64,000 bases of DNA, from positions 4,189,913 to 4,253,912 of the forward strand of contig CP070695.1 of assembly GCA_020353515.1 (NCBI GenBank). The letters are read 5' to 3'. A program made the translations under genes and the position numbers. The notes under the pieces are model-generated. The model did not search any database. It was not told where the DNA came from and saw only the letters and a program-made list of their open reading frames with translations. Position 1 is the first letter of the stretch. Every line of letters begins with the position of its first letter. Source of the stretch: Candidatus Heimdallarchaeota archaeon (lineage in GTDB: Archaea; Asgardarchaeota; Heimdallarchaeia; Hodarchaeales; Hodarchaeaceae). Shown here piece after piece: positions 29,308 through 39,635 of the stretch.

Positions 29308-29595
29308 GTGTCACTACACGAATTATTAACTGATAATATAGAAGAATTCCCTGTTTCTAAAACAATTAAAGTTATTGCTGGAAAGCGGTTGGCAAAAACC
29401 GCATCATGGCTAAAGGCCATTGTATTGGTAGAAACTGGTGGTGGAAAACACCAAATTCGATTATATGGTTGGCAAAAGAATAAAGCAGGTGAATGGAAAG
29501 TTAGACAGAAGTTCAACATATCACAAGGTTATGCAGACAAACTTTCTCAAATCTGTCTTGCATTCAGTGAATTTAAAGAGTCTAAATCTGAGTAA
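29308..29595 (+). CDS. Hypothetical small basic beta-rich protein
   Basis: Clean 95-aa ORF directly upstream of and co-oriented with the ACAD gene. Confidence 0.6.
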   Translation: MSLHELLTDNIEEFPVSKTIKVIAGKRLAKTASWLKAIVLVETGGGKHQIRLYGWQKNKAGEWKVRQKFNISQGYADKLSQICLAFSEFKESKSE

Positions 29596-29634
29596 CCGGA
29601 AGAAAATTCACAAATCTAAGGAAGGATTCTCTCA

Positions 29635-30867
29635 ATGAAGGATTTATTACAGATTTTTACTACATTTGGATACAATGAAGAGGAAACTGAACAGAATGAG
29701 ATGGTTCTTGATCTTATGGATGAATTATGTAAAAAAGAAATAGAACCATATGCTCAAGAAATGGATGAGACAGGCTGCAAGTTTGATGTGAAAACAGGGA
29801 AGATCTCATATCCAGAACAGACTCACAAAATTGTCAAAAAACTTGCAGAGAATGATTTAATGGGATTGGCTATTCCTGAAGAATACGAAGGAGTGGGACT
29901 TTCTTTTACTTTAACTAATGCATGTTATGAACGTATTTCTCGCGCTGATGCAGGAACCTCATTACTCTTCGGCTTACAAAACTCATCATATGATGTTATT
30001 GAGAAATTCGGTACAGAAGAAGCCAAGGAATATTATTTACCTAAGCTAGCCCGCGGTGAACTAGTTGGAGGGCTACTTTTTACAGAACCCGGTGCTGGAT
30101 CTGATCTAGGGTCGTTGAAAACGAAAGTTGTTGATGAAGGTGACCATTATGTTGTCAACGGGACGAAAAACTTCATTTCAAATGCAGGGATAGCAAATGC
30201 GTATCTTTTCCTAGGATCTACTTCTCCTGAAAAAGGATCTCGAGGATTAACAGCATTTATCATTGAAACTGAAAATAACCCTGGATTCAAGATAGCGAGG
30301 ATAGAGGAAAAATTAGGCCTTCATAGCAATGCTACAGCCGAAGTGTTACTTGATGGAGCTACTATTCCTAAGAGAAATGTTTTAGGGCAAATTGATCGAG
30401 GATTTAGTGTTGTATTATATGAATTGGCAGCAGCGAGGATCGGTATTGGAGCTCAAGCAGTTGGTATAGCTGATGCCGCTTATCGAAAAGCAGCAACATA
30501 TATCAAAACCAGAAAACAGTTTGGAAAGCCAATCGAAAGTTTCCAAGCTACTCAATGGAAGCTCGCTGATCTCTACACGAAAATCCACACAGCACGGCTT
30601 GCATACCTTTCCGCAGCCCGAATGAAGGATCTGAATCAAAATTTTTCTGAGTACGCTTCAATCGCGAAACTTTATGGTTCAGAAATCGCTCAAGAAGTCA
30701 CCTCGGAAGCAATTCAAATGCATGGCGGATACGGGTACGTTAAAGAATACGACGTCGAACGTTATTATCGCGATGTGAGGATAACACCTATCTACGAAGG
30801 TACGAATGAGGTGCAGCGGATTGTGATTTCTCGTGCAGAAATGGCAAAGGATTATGCGCCAGAATAG
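29635..30867 (+). CDS. Acyl-CoA dehydrogenase
   Basis: FTEPGAGSD, NGTKNFISN, RKQFGKPI, QMHGGYGY, IYEGTNEVQ (catalytic Glu). Confidence 0.95.
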   Translation: MKDLLQIFTTFGYNEEETEQNEMVLDLMDELCKKEIEPYAQEMDETGCKFDVKTGKISYPEQTHKIVKKLAENDLMGLAIPEEYEGVGLSFTLTNACYERISRADAGTSLLFGLQNSSYDVIEKFGTEEAKEYYLPKLARGELVGGLLFTEPGAGSDLGSLKTKVVDEGDHYVVNGTKNFISNAGIANAYLFLGSTSPEKGSRGLTAFIIETENNPGFKIARIEEKLGLHSNATAEVLLDGATIPKRNVLGQIDRGFSVVLYELAAARIGIGAQAVGIADAAYRKAATYIKTRKQFGKPIESFQATQWKLADLYTKIHTARLAYLSAARMKDLNQNFSEYASIAKLYGSEIAQEVTSEAIQMHGGYGYVKEYDVERYYRDVRITPIYEGTNEVQRIVISRAEMAKDYAPE

Positions 30868-30883
30868 GAATGAATAATCTTTT

Positions 30884-31426
30884 TTATTCTTCCTTTCCAA
30901 TTCTTTGAAGATTTTTTTCATATATTTGGTAGTCTGAATCACTGAATAATACAAAGCATACTTCTGTAATTGTAGTGGATGCTAGATTCTCGATAACTGT
31001 TGAAAGGGCAATCTTTGAGGCTCTTTCAATAGGAAATCCATATACCCCTGTTGAAATAGACGGAAAAGCTATTGATTTAGCATTATATTCTGTTGCTAGA
31101 AGGAGAGAATTTCGGTAACAATGCTTTAAGAGCCTTTTTTCATTTTGTTGTCCTCCCCGCCAAATTGGCCCTGGTGTATGAATCACATACTTGGCACTCA
31201 TTTGCCCCGCAGTTGTAATTCGAGCCTCTCCTGTTTTACAGCCCTCAGGATATTTCTGGATACATTCTTGAAGGATTTCGGGCCCTCCAGCACGATGAAT
31301 TGCTCCATCGACACCTCCTCCTCCACGGAGGGAGGTGTTTGCTGCATTCACGATTACATCTGTAACTTCTTTTGTAATGTCCCCTTGGACCAAACGAATG
31401 ACTGTTGATCCTATTTTTGTTTCCAA
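30884..31426 (-). CDS. ymdB: Macro-domain O-acetyl-ADP-ribose deacetylase (YmdB/MacroD-type)
   Basis: GDIT, IVNAAN, GGGGVDGAIHRAGG, FPSISTGVYGFP. Confidence 0.9.
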   Translation of the reverse strand: METKIGSTVIRLVQGDITKEVTDVIVNAANTSLRGGGGVDGAIHRAGGPEILQECIQKYPEGCKTGEARITTAGQMSAKYVIHTPGPIWRGGQQNEKRLLKHCYRNSLLLATEYNAKSIAFPSISTGVYGFPIERASKIALSTVIENLASTTITEVCFVLFSDSDYQIYEKNLQRIGKEE

Positions 31427-31463
31427 TAAGATCCCCTCTAAAATGGAGAGTAGAAGAGTTTGG

Positions 31464-32465
31464 TTAATCTGCTAATCTTGCTCGTCTTGATCCATCATCG
31501 AATGAAATAATGCCCATATCTCGGAAATGCTGAATTATTTGTTGTACAGTATAGGTAGGAATTCCCGTCATTGTTGCTAGGTCGTCTACAGTGACCTGCT
31601 CTAGACTCATTAAATGACTTAATATTCTTCCAGACTCACTTTCACTTAAAAATGTCTTTATAGCTTTTGATGTTCCTAAGGATTGTTTTGTATCATCGGC
31701 CATTGTTTGAATTTGAGTCTTTGCTCTATCGAGTTCGTAAGTCTTCATTTCATTTTCTTCTTTCAGCCGTTTAAGTTCTAGTTTTAACTCTTCACCCTCA
31801 ATTTTCATCTGTTGCAATTCCTCAATCAGAGCATTCTTTTCTTTTAACTCTGATTCAAGCTGCTCAAGTTGAAATGTAGTTTTTTCGACTTCTTTCCCTT
31901 TTTTATCAACTTCTTCTTGTAGTGAACCAATTCGCTGTTGATTTAAATTTTCCTTTTCAATAGCCAGTTTTTCTTTTTCTCTTAATTGATTTACTAATTC
32001 TTCATATTTTTGAGTCATGATTTGCTCTTTTTCAACAGCAATATTCCTACCTTGACGAAGCTCTTCTAATACGTTTACATATTTCTCCCTAAACTCTTCA
32101 ATCTGTTCATTAACCGCAAAAGACCAATTACTTGAATTCTGGTCTAACTGTTCGAGCCTCGTACTAAGATCTAATACTTGATTATTGAGTTCTAAACCTA
32201 AAGTCTCTAGTGAACCCCGAACCTCTTCAAGTGAGGTTTTGAACTCTTTAGCAGACTGAGTTCGAATCTCTACGCTTCTATTTTCCAATGTTTGAGATAA
32301 CTCGCTTTGACGAAGCGCAGATCCCTCTACATGCTTTTCAATCGCTGCAATCCTTGATGCAAACTCTTGGGTGGCTTCATTTATTCGTGTTTCAATATTG
32401 GTCAGCTTTTTGTTCATATCTTCTTGTAATAATTCAAGCTCCGAAGGTTTTTTCTTTCTGAACAT
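31464..32465 (-). CDS. Long coiled-coil protein with a C-terminal winged-helix domain
   Basis: About 260 aa of E/K/Q/L heptads, then RILSHL...VTVDDLATMTGIPTYTVQQII..F..MGII. Confidence 0.7.
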   Translation of the reverse strand: MFRKKKPSELELLQEDMNKKLTNIETRINEATQEFASRIAAIEKHVEGSALRQSELSQTLENRSVEIRTQSAKEFKTSLEEVRGSLETLGLELNNQVLDLSTRLEQLDQNSSNWSFAVNEQIEEFREKYVNVLEELRQGRNIAVEKEQIMTQKYEELVNQLREKEKLAIEKENLNQQRIGSLQEEVDKKGKEVEKTTFQLEQLESELKEKNALIEELQQMKIEGEELKLELKRLKEENEMKTYELDRAKTQIQTMADDTKQSLGTSKAIKTFLSESESGRILSHLMSLEQVTVDDLATMTGIPTYTVQQIIQHFRDMGIISFDDGSRRARLAD

Positions 32466-32627
32466 TTATAACACACTACTTCAGGACTAATGGTATTCTA
32501 GAAATAAGATTTCTATGAAATTAACTCATTTTAATCAATATAATAACAATGGCTTATTTTGTTAACAATCCTAAGCACTTAAGATAAAACATTTTCTTTT
32601 TAGATACTTTAATAGATTACTATAAAT

Positions 32628-34112
32628 GTGATAATGATGCTTCTAGATAATGTTATTGAACGAATTGAAGAAAAATTTTCCAAGAATCACCTCCCTGAGA
32701 TACGGAAATTTCTTAGACAACCATCAGTTTCCGCTACAGGCGAAGGAATCCGAGAAACAACTGGAATTTTGGTTAAAAAGATCAAGAATCTGGGTGGGGA
32801 AGATGTGCATCTAGCTCAAACAATGGGGGAAGAATTTGGGCATCCACAGGTCTATGGGGAAGTTTGGTCGGATAAATCAAAACCGACAATTCTATTCTAT
32901 AGTATGTATGATGTGCAGCCTGTTTATCCAGAGAAGTGGGTTCTTAATGACAAAAAAATCGATCCTTTCGGAGCAGAAATACATGAATTCGAATGGTTCC
33001 CAGGAATTAGTGGCCAAGTACTGATGAATCGTGGTGTAACTAATCAAAAAGGCCCAACAATGGCTGCATTTAATGTATTTGAAACTTTTTTGGAGGAAAC
33101 AGGTGAATTACCAATAAATATTATCTTTGCTATTGAAGGAGAAGAAGAATTGGGATCACCTCATATGAAAACATTTATTGATGAATATGCCGAGAAATTA
33201 AAGCAAAGTACGGCAGTATACTTTCCCATGTTTTTTGAAATGTATGATGGATCCATAAAATTCTTTCTAGGTGTAAGAGGAGTCATAGAAACCAAAATCT
33301 GGTGTCGAGGTGGAACATGGGGAGGGCCCGTTGGGCGTAACCTCCATTCTTCAAACTCAGGTTTAGTAGAGAATCCAATTTTTAAATTAATAGAAGTCCT
33401 TTCATCTCTGAAAAATGATAAGACTAATGAGATTCTAGTTCCTGGAGTAATGGACGATCCTGATATAGTTGGTCCATCCGAGGAGGATGAGAAGGTTATC
33501 GAAGTACTTCTCCAACATTTAAATTTTGAGGATGTGAAGAAAAATATGAGTGTCACACGCTTCAGAGATTTTAATGGTCAAGAATTAACAGGAAAACAAG
33601 CCATCGTTGAACAATTATTTAAACCGGGATTATCTATCAACGGGATAGAGGGAGGATATTATGGTAAAGGTGGTATGACAATCATTCCTTATGAGGTTCA
33701 TGCTAACCTAGACATTCGTCTTCCACCGTTCCAAAAAGTCGAGTATGTAAAGGAGTGCTATCGTACTTACATCAAAAAGCATTTTCCTATGGTTGAATTG
33801 GATCTTGGTGCAGGATATGGCCCAGCGAAGATGTCACCGTCCCATCCTCTTATTCAAGTTACTAAATCAATCTATGAAGAAAGTGGAAAACAACCAGTCT
33901 TTTATCCACTTCTAGCAGGTTCAGCACCATTTTCAATGTTTCAGTCAATTCTCCAACTACCATTTGTTTACGGAGGCCTAGCTCATGGAGGTAGAGCGCA
34001 TTCTCCCCTAGAATATGCAGTAATTGAATCAAAGGATCTCAGGATTGGAGGTATTATTGAGTTTGAGAAATTCTTTGCCAAATTTTTGATTAAAGTAGCA
34101 CAGAAACTTTGA
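32628..34112 (+). CDS. M20 family metallopeptidase/dipeptidase
   Basis: MYDVQP, RGVTNQKG, EGEEELGS, LHS, AHSPLE; several metal ligands are variant. Confidence 0.85.
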   Translation: MIMMLLDNVIERIEEKFSKNHLPEIRKFLRQPSVSATGEGIRETTGILVKKIKNLGGEDVHLAQTMGEEFGHPQVYGEVWSDKSKPTILFYSMYDVQPVYPEKWVLNDKKIDPFGAEIHEFEWFPGISGQVLMNRGVTNQKGPTMAAFNVFETFLEETGELPINIIFAIEGEEELGSPHMKTFIDEYAEKLKQSTAVYFPMFFEMYDGSIKFFLGVRGVIETKIWCRGGTWGGPVGRNLHSSNSGLVENPIFKLIEVLSSLKNDKTNEILVPGVMDDPDIVGPSEEDEKVIEVLLQHLNFEDVKKNMSVTRFRDFNGQELTGKQAIVEQLFKPGLSINGIEGGYYGKGGMTIIPYEVHANLDIRLPPFQKVEYVKECYRTYIKKHFPMVELDLGAGYGPAKMSPSHPLIQVTKSIYEESGKQPVFYPLLAGSAPFSMFQSILQLPFVYGGLAHGGRAHSPLEYAVIESKDLRIGGIIEFEKFFAKFLIKVAQKL

Positions 34113-34145
34113 GAACTCCATTCCACCAGCCTATGGAATCATACC

Positions 34146-35084
34146 TCATATCTTTCGTTTACGAGTAGTTGTCTTCTTATATAACTCTGCTAGCTCATCT
34201 AAGTCAAATTCATCGAGTTTCTCTCTCTCATTTTTTTCAAGACTTACTATTTTGCCCTTAGAAGAGATTGATGGGGATTTGTCTAACATTGCTCTTATTT
34301 CTTCATACCTTCCACCTTTAATAAGTTCTGAACTCTCAAGTTTTTCTTGCCCTCTTCCTGTAATTTTATACTTCTGTGATGATTCCACATATTCAATTTC
34401 TCCATCCCTTAACAATTTACGAATGATCAGAATTATTTTATCCCTATCATAATCTACTTGACCTGTTTGTGAAATTATCCTAAGCTGGCCAAGAATTGAA
34501 AGCATTGGAAGGCCTTTATTCTGACTATTCAACATATCAAGAATATAAATTCGAAAGAATCTTGAGAATTGATCCTCTATTAAATGACTATCTTCCTTTA
34601 AACACTTCGTTATCCATTTGAGGACTTCTCCAAAGTACGTTGGCTCTTTTGCAGTGGTTGAGAAAACTTGATGTGGCCGATCAAGCCGATTGAGAATATC
34701 CAATCTCTCGATAACAATTGAAGGGTGAACACGTGCAATATCTGTTTTATGAAACAGGATAGCCAAGGGTTTACCCAAGGATTGAGGATGATTGATTATT
34801 ATTTTGAACTCTGTTTCTACTTCCTTAAAACCTGCTTCATTACTCCCATCAATCATAAAGATGATAGCTTCTACATGGTCAATATATTGAAATACAAACC
34901 TTCGAACATCCTTTCTACCCCCAACTTCTATTATATTAAAGCGATTCTCAAGTGTTATTTCGGTGAATTTATGAGCAGTAAAGGGTGCTCCAGACATAAA
35001 GCGGCCTACTTGAAAAGAACGAATGAGAGTCGATTTTCCACTGTTTTCTAAACCATAAAGCAATATTTGAATTGTAGCTGGCAA
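34146..35084 (-). CDS. Arf-like small GTPase fused to a C-terminal winged-helix domain
   Basis: GLENSGKST (G1), EVGG (G3 variant), IFMIDGS, HKTD (G4), STTAK; then LLRDGEIEY...YKITGRG. Confidence 0.8.
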   Translation of the reverse strand: MPATIQILLYGLENSGKSTLIRSFQVGRFMSGAPFTAHKFTEITLENRFNIIEVGGRKDVRRFVFQYIDHVEAIIFMIDGSNEAGFKEVETEFKIIINHPQSLGKPLAILFHKTDIARVHPSIVIERLDILNRLDRPHQVFSTTAKEPTYFGEVLKWITKCLKEDSHLIEDQFSRFFRIYILDMLNSQNKGLPMLSILGQLRIISQTGQVDYDRDKIILIIRKLLRDGEIEYVESSQKYKITGRGQEKLESSELIKGGRYEEIRAMLDKSPSISSKGKIVSLEKNEREKLDEFDLDELAELYKKTTTRKRKI

Positions 35085-35288
35085 TTTTCTCCCAGTATTT
35101 GCATTTCTTTTATGGATCGATTATTCAGATTTCGACTTTAAGTTTATTTATGCACATCGTAAAATTTGTTTTTTTTTCATGTAATTTGGTACATTTCTTA
35201 TAATATGAATGAGAAACTAGTACTTAATCTTTTCTTTGATGTTTTTCTTTCTAATAAGTGAAAATAATAGAAGGGTGATTAAGTCTAT

Positions 35289-38200
35289 ATGAAAAAAAAT
35301 AAAACACTCATCTTACTGGCAATTTTAATAGCTGGGATCTTTCCTATTGCTATACCAACTTTATCTCTTAATGATAGCACAAACATGCTGTTAGATGATC
35401 TTGATATTAGCCAAACAATAAAAAATCCAGCAATTGCTGCTAAGATAACACAAGAAGACCCCCGTGGGTATCTTACAGGTAGAATATTCTACAATGGATT
35501 TGATGATATAGAACCTGACGGTTATAGTGACACCTTGATGGTTGACATAGAAGTTAATATCACATCAGTACCAACTTCTGATTTCGTTGTTATGGCAGAA
35601 CTCTATGACTGGACTTTCCAAGAAAGACATTTCGACCCCTACAACGATGAACAAGAGTTCTATAGCGGATATTTTCTATGGGGAAACAGTAGCTTTCAAA
35701 ACTTAGGGCTTGGACCCCATAATATGACTGTTCACTTTAATTGTACCCAGCTAAGAGCTTTGAAACTAGCTGGTCCATATGCAATAAGTCATGTTAAGTT
35801 AGCTAATGGTTCTAGATCTGAATTCCACGTTTTTCATGAAGAACAGGCAGATAATCCTTATTGGGATCCCTTATTATTAATTCCACAGATATTTGATATC
35901 TATACATATGAAGAACCGCTAGAGACTGGAGGTTTCGTAGTACACAGTGCAACTCTTACAGAGTATTTAGAAGTGAATGTGACATTCCAGAGTTTCAGTC
36001 ATTGGTATGGCCAGAATGAACCATATTATATCCGACTAGTTCTACGAAATGGCGTTGGTGGACCTACAATTGGACATTGGGAACAGGCATATTGGTTACC
36101 TTCAGATACAGCGAATGAAGTCAGATTAACAATTCCGAGGGGAATTCTTGGTGCATTCGATTTTGGAGGTACGACAACACCGACCATATCATTTGAGGAC
36201 ATTGCTATTGTTGAACTTTTTGATCGTGATGCCTTTGACTCTTGTAATATGTCTTATTCAGTTACTCCTCACTCTGCAACAATTGATATCAGTACATTAC
36301 CCCAAATCCGGATTTTAGCATCTGGAGACTCCCACGATTTTGGTGATCTGGCTATTACTGATAGTGGGATATTCGGTATTATCTCAGAAAATAGTGGGGA
36401 TGTGCTTCACTTGGAAGTGGATCGTAGAGAGCCCGAATGTTGTCAACCAGATTTTAATGTATGGTATCTTGATGGCTTTGGACGGAGTCGGGGTACACAA
36501 CATAAAGAAATAGTTGGTTGGGAAGAATGGATGGGCAATGTAGACACAAACCACTATCAAACATATGTAGGAAAATATCCAGGTTTATGGCTTTTCGAAG
36601 TAGTTCATCCTGATCATGATCAACCCCCAGAAACCACCCAAGGTCTTACTGTGAGAGTGGATATAACCCAAGACATATCCCCTCCAAGTGTCAGTTTCAG
36701 TACTCCCTCTGATGGAGCAAATTTCCTACAATATTACGGTATTCCTATCCAAGGAACTGGAATAGATGAGTCTATTATCCTGCAATATCAGATACTTTCA
36801 GATCAAGAGGTTTTATACACTTACAAACCTTTTGAAGAGTATTGGGGGCCCCCACCAATTGAAGACGACTTCAGTTTTGTATGGTTCCCTTCGCATGAGG
36901 ATACAGGGGAGATTATGATGACCATTAGAGCAATTGATATGACCTTCAAATCATCAGAAACAAGAATTACAATCACAATTAACGCTGGAACTATACCATC
37001 ACCTGAGAGTACCATCAATAAGGGATTGGCATGGTTACGGACTCAACAGAACACAGATGGTTCCTGGGAATATGAACCTGACAGTGAATGGGGTCGACCT
37101 GGTATGGCTGCTCTTGCTGCTCTCTGTTTCATTCAAGCAGGTTTAGCACATGAATCTGCTGCAGTAGAAGCTATTGATTATCTAATCAACAGGTTTGAAT
37201 TTGACCAAGATGATGGCCGATCAATATATCATAGCACTTATGAAACATCAATGGCTACAACAACACTCATTGCCTATAATGCGACTCTCCCCTCATATAA
37301 TTCCGAATTAGATTCGCTCATAGAAGATGCTATCGCATGGTTGGTTGTTACTCAAAACGATGAGACATGGGAAGTAGACCCAAGTGACCCATGGTATGGT
37401 GGTTGGCGATACGGTGACGATCATCAATCCTCAGATCTTTCAGTGAGCCAGTGGGCTATCCTCGCTTTATCAACCTATGAAAACTTCAATCCTGGAGGAT
37501 TAGATGCGTATGACCCCTCATTATGGAGCAAAGTGGATACTTTTGTTAGGCGTTGCCGTGGTGGTTACACTAATGATGTGACACAAGAATGGGTATATGA
37601 TGGTGGATTTACTTACACTCCCTCAACTGAAGATTGGCGTGATATGGGAAGTGGAAGTTACGGATCAATGACAGCTGCAGGGATATGGGGGCTATATCTC
37701 AGTGGATCCGAACCAGAGGATCCCGATATTGTATCAGCACTTAATTGGATTAACAATTCAGGTCAAATTGTTGGAGAAAATCCCCGCTATGGACGTTCAT
37801 TCGAGTATTATTGGTACCTCTCAGCTAGTAAAGCATTCTTAATGGCTGGACGTGAGACTGATCAGTGGTGGTATGATAAAATAACAGAGTATCTTAATAC
37901 TCACATGATTTACGCGAGCCCGACAAGTGCTTATTGGGATAACACTGCAGGAGGAGAACCCCCTGTCTTTGCGACAGTGCAAGCTATTCTTGCCCAACAG
38001 GTTTTCTACGGCCACATACCCATGCACTCACTTGAAGTAACTCTTGAATCAGCTGATGGTTCTGCAATATACTTGTGGAATTCATCCATTGGAGTGGGTT
38101 ACAATTATACCACAGGAATTGAAGAATTTTCAAGTGGAACTAGTTATTCAGGTCTTTTACCCGATCTCCAACAAGTTTCAATTCATTCTCCAACTAAAGG

Positions 38201-39146
38201 AGAATATCAAATTCAGGTATTCCCTGCCGCTGGAACAGATGGAATTTCATCTCCCCAGGATATGGTCTTACGTGCTCGTGCTCTTACGGAGTCGGGTCAC
38301 ATTTTGCGCTACAGAACCTATGTTATAGACTATGACGATCCTAGCAGTTATCCACAGGTTCTTCAGTATAGAATGGTATTGACCACCATATCTGGCTTGG
38401 ATATTCACCTATTACCTGATGGATATAAACCATTTACTCATACAGTCAGTTTCAATGATGTTGATGCTCCAACATATGTCGAATTGAATGAGGATATTGA
38501 CATAACTCTCACATTGACCAACATTGGAGTCGGAACTATCCCAACAGGCACAGTTTTCACAATAGCTGAGGATCTTTCTGACACGTCTGAAGATTACACA
38601 AATTGGGCGGAAAATACTGATAAAATATTCACATTCACTTACGACACATCAGGGTTATCTGCAGGTATCCGTACAATTGTAGTTGGACTGATCGGAGAGG
38701 ACACAACTCCTTTACTCATCAGAATCAAAGTACAGATAGGAAACCGAGCGCCAGAAGGAGAACTTGATGAACTCGACAGTGTCCTTAGTGGAACTGAAAC
38801 TATTTCTTGGAGTGCTACCGATCCTGATGGTGATGATCTCTCGTTTGATGTAATCCTTGTCAAACCTGACGGGAGTGAAGTCACATTGGAATCCGATTCA
38901 GATAAGTTTAGGTACTATTTCGACACCACTGCCTATCCTGACGATTCAGGTTATAGAATCATCGTGATAATCAGTGATGGAACCGATACTACGGAATTAA
39001 GATCATCGCTGTTTGAAATCATGAATGCTGAAGAGACCTCGGAAACTGGAGAAGCTCCTGACATCGGTGGTATTCCTGGATTTGAATTTTTCTTTGCTCT
39101 GCTTGCATTAAGTTTTATCTTGATGTATCTCCGAAGAAGGAATTAG
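35289..39146 (+). CDS. Large secreted surface protein with prenyltransferase/squalene-oxidase-repeat (alpha/alpha toroid) and Ig-like domains, PGF-CTERM-like anchor
   Basis: Signal peptide; GLAWLRTQQNTDGSW, GGWRY..SDLSVSQW, DGGFTY repeats; NRAP..DPDGD Ig; IPGFEFF-TM-RRRN. Confidence 0.8.
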   Translation: MKKNKTLILLAILIAGIFPIAIPTLSLNDSTNMLLDDLDISQTIKNPAIAAKITQEDPRGYLTGRIFYNGFDDIEPDGYSDTLMVDIEVNITSVPTSDFVVMAELYDWTFQERHFDPYNDEQEFYSGYFLWGNSSFQNLGLGPHNMTVHFNCTQLRALKLAGPYAISHVKLANGSRSEFHVFHEEQADNPYWDPLLLIPQIFDIYTYEEPLETGGFVVHSATLTEYLEVNVTFQSFSHWYGQNEPYYIRLVLRNGVGGPTIGHWEQAYWLPSDTANEVRLTIPRGILGAFDFGGTTTPTISFEDIAIVELFDRDAFDSCNMSYSVTPHSATIDISTLPQIRILASGDSHDFGDLAITDSGIFGIISENSGDVLHLEVDRREPECCQPDFNVWYLDGFGRSRGTQHKEIVGWEEWMGNVDTNHYQTYVGKYPGLWLFEVVHPDHDQPPETTQGLTVRVDITQDISPPSVSFSTPSDGANFLQYYGIPIQGTGIDESIILQYQILSDQEVLYTYKPFEEYWGPPPIEDDFSFVWFPSHEDTGEIMMTIRAIDMTFKSSETRITITINAGTIPSPESTINKGLAWLRTQQNTDGSWEYEPDSEWGRPGMAALAALCFIQAGLAHESAAVEAIDYLINRFEFDQDDGRSIYHSTYETSMATTTLIAYNATLPSYNSELDSLIEDAIAWLVVTQNDETWEVDPSDPWYGGWRYGDDHQSSDLSVSQWAILALSTYENFNPGGLDAYDPSLWSKVDTFVRRCRGGYTNDVTQEWVYDGGFTYTPSTEDWRDMGSGSYGSMTAAGIWGLYLSGSEPEDPDIVSALNWINNSGQIVGENPRYGRSFEYYWYLSASKAFLMAGRETDQWWYDKITEYLNTHMIYASPTSAYWDNTAGGEPPVFATVQAILAQQVFYGHIPMHSLEVTLESADGSAIYLWNSSIGVGYNYTTGIEEFSSGTSYSGLLPDLQQVSIHSPTKGEYQIQVFPAAGTDGISSPQDMVLRARALTESGHILRYRTYVIDYDDPSSYPQVLQYRMVLTTISGLDIHLLPDGYKPFTHTVSFNDVDAPTYVELNEDIDITLTLTNIGVGTIPTGTVFTIAEDLSDTSEDYTNWAENTDKIFTFTYDTSGLSAGIRTIVVGLIGEDTTPLLIRIKVQIGNRAPEGELDELDSVLSGTETISWSATDPDGDDLSFDVILVKPDGSEVTLESDSDKFRYYFDTTAYPDDSGYRIIVIISDGTDTTELRSSLFEIMNAEETSETGEAPDIGGIPGFEFFFALLALSFILMYLRRRN

Positions 39147-39623
39147 TCCACTTCTTTTCCCTCCCTTTTTTTTTATCCTCATGTTTTTTTTTTCTTGATA
39201 TTCCGTTCTTGACACAAATTTGATTGAAGTATATCTCAGACCCTCAATTGACCTAAGCTGTGTTAAGAATGAACGAACATTTTCAATTTTGTCATTTATT
39301 ATCAGATTTTCTAAACACTCATCTGTATCCATATGATAATGAGTTGAAAATGTTACATTGAAGTGATGTTGAACTTCAATGAATTTTTTCATCGTTTTTT
39401 GGTCATGTTGGTCATAAACAACTGATATTATTGCTGTAATCTCTGTATTACTGTCTGAAATCTTGTCAAACATTTCTTCTGATTCAAAAAAGTTTTGGAG
39501 CGCATCTCTTATCATTTGAGAAGTATTTTGATATCCAAGCTCATTTCCTTTTTTTATTAATAGGTCTTTAAACCCTGACTCGCAGGAAAATGTAACTGTT
39601 TCACGTATTTGTCTTTTATTCAT
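39108..39623 (-). CDS. nikR: Nickel-responsive regulator NikR
   Basis: RHH N-terminus (GYQNTSQMIRDAL); Ni ligands QH..., HYH and CLE conserved; last gene of the nik operon. Confidence 0.85.
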   Translation of the reverse strand: MNKRQIRETVTFSCESGFKDLLIKKGNELGYQNTSQMIRDALQNFFESEEMFDKISDSNTEITAIISVVYDQHDQKTMKKFIEVQHHFNVTFSTHYHMDTDECLENLIINDKIENVRSFLTQLRSIEGLRYTSIKFVSRTEYQEKKNMRIKKKGGKRSGLIPSSEIHQDKT

Positions 39624-39635
39624 TACTAAACCTCT

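Noticed and set aside
35289-39146. Squalene-hopene/oxidosqualene cyclase or alpha-2-macroglobulin
   Set aside because: No DXDD/DCTAE or CGEQ motif; a single toroid in a secreted, anchored protein.
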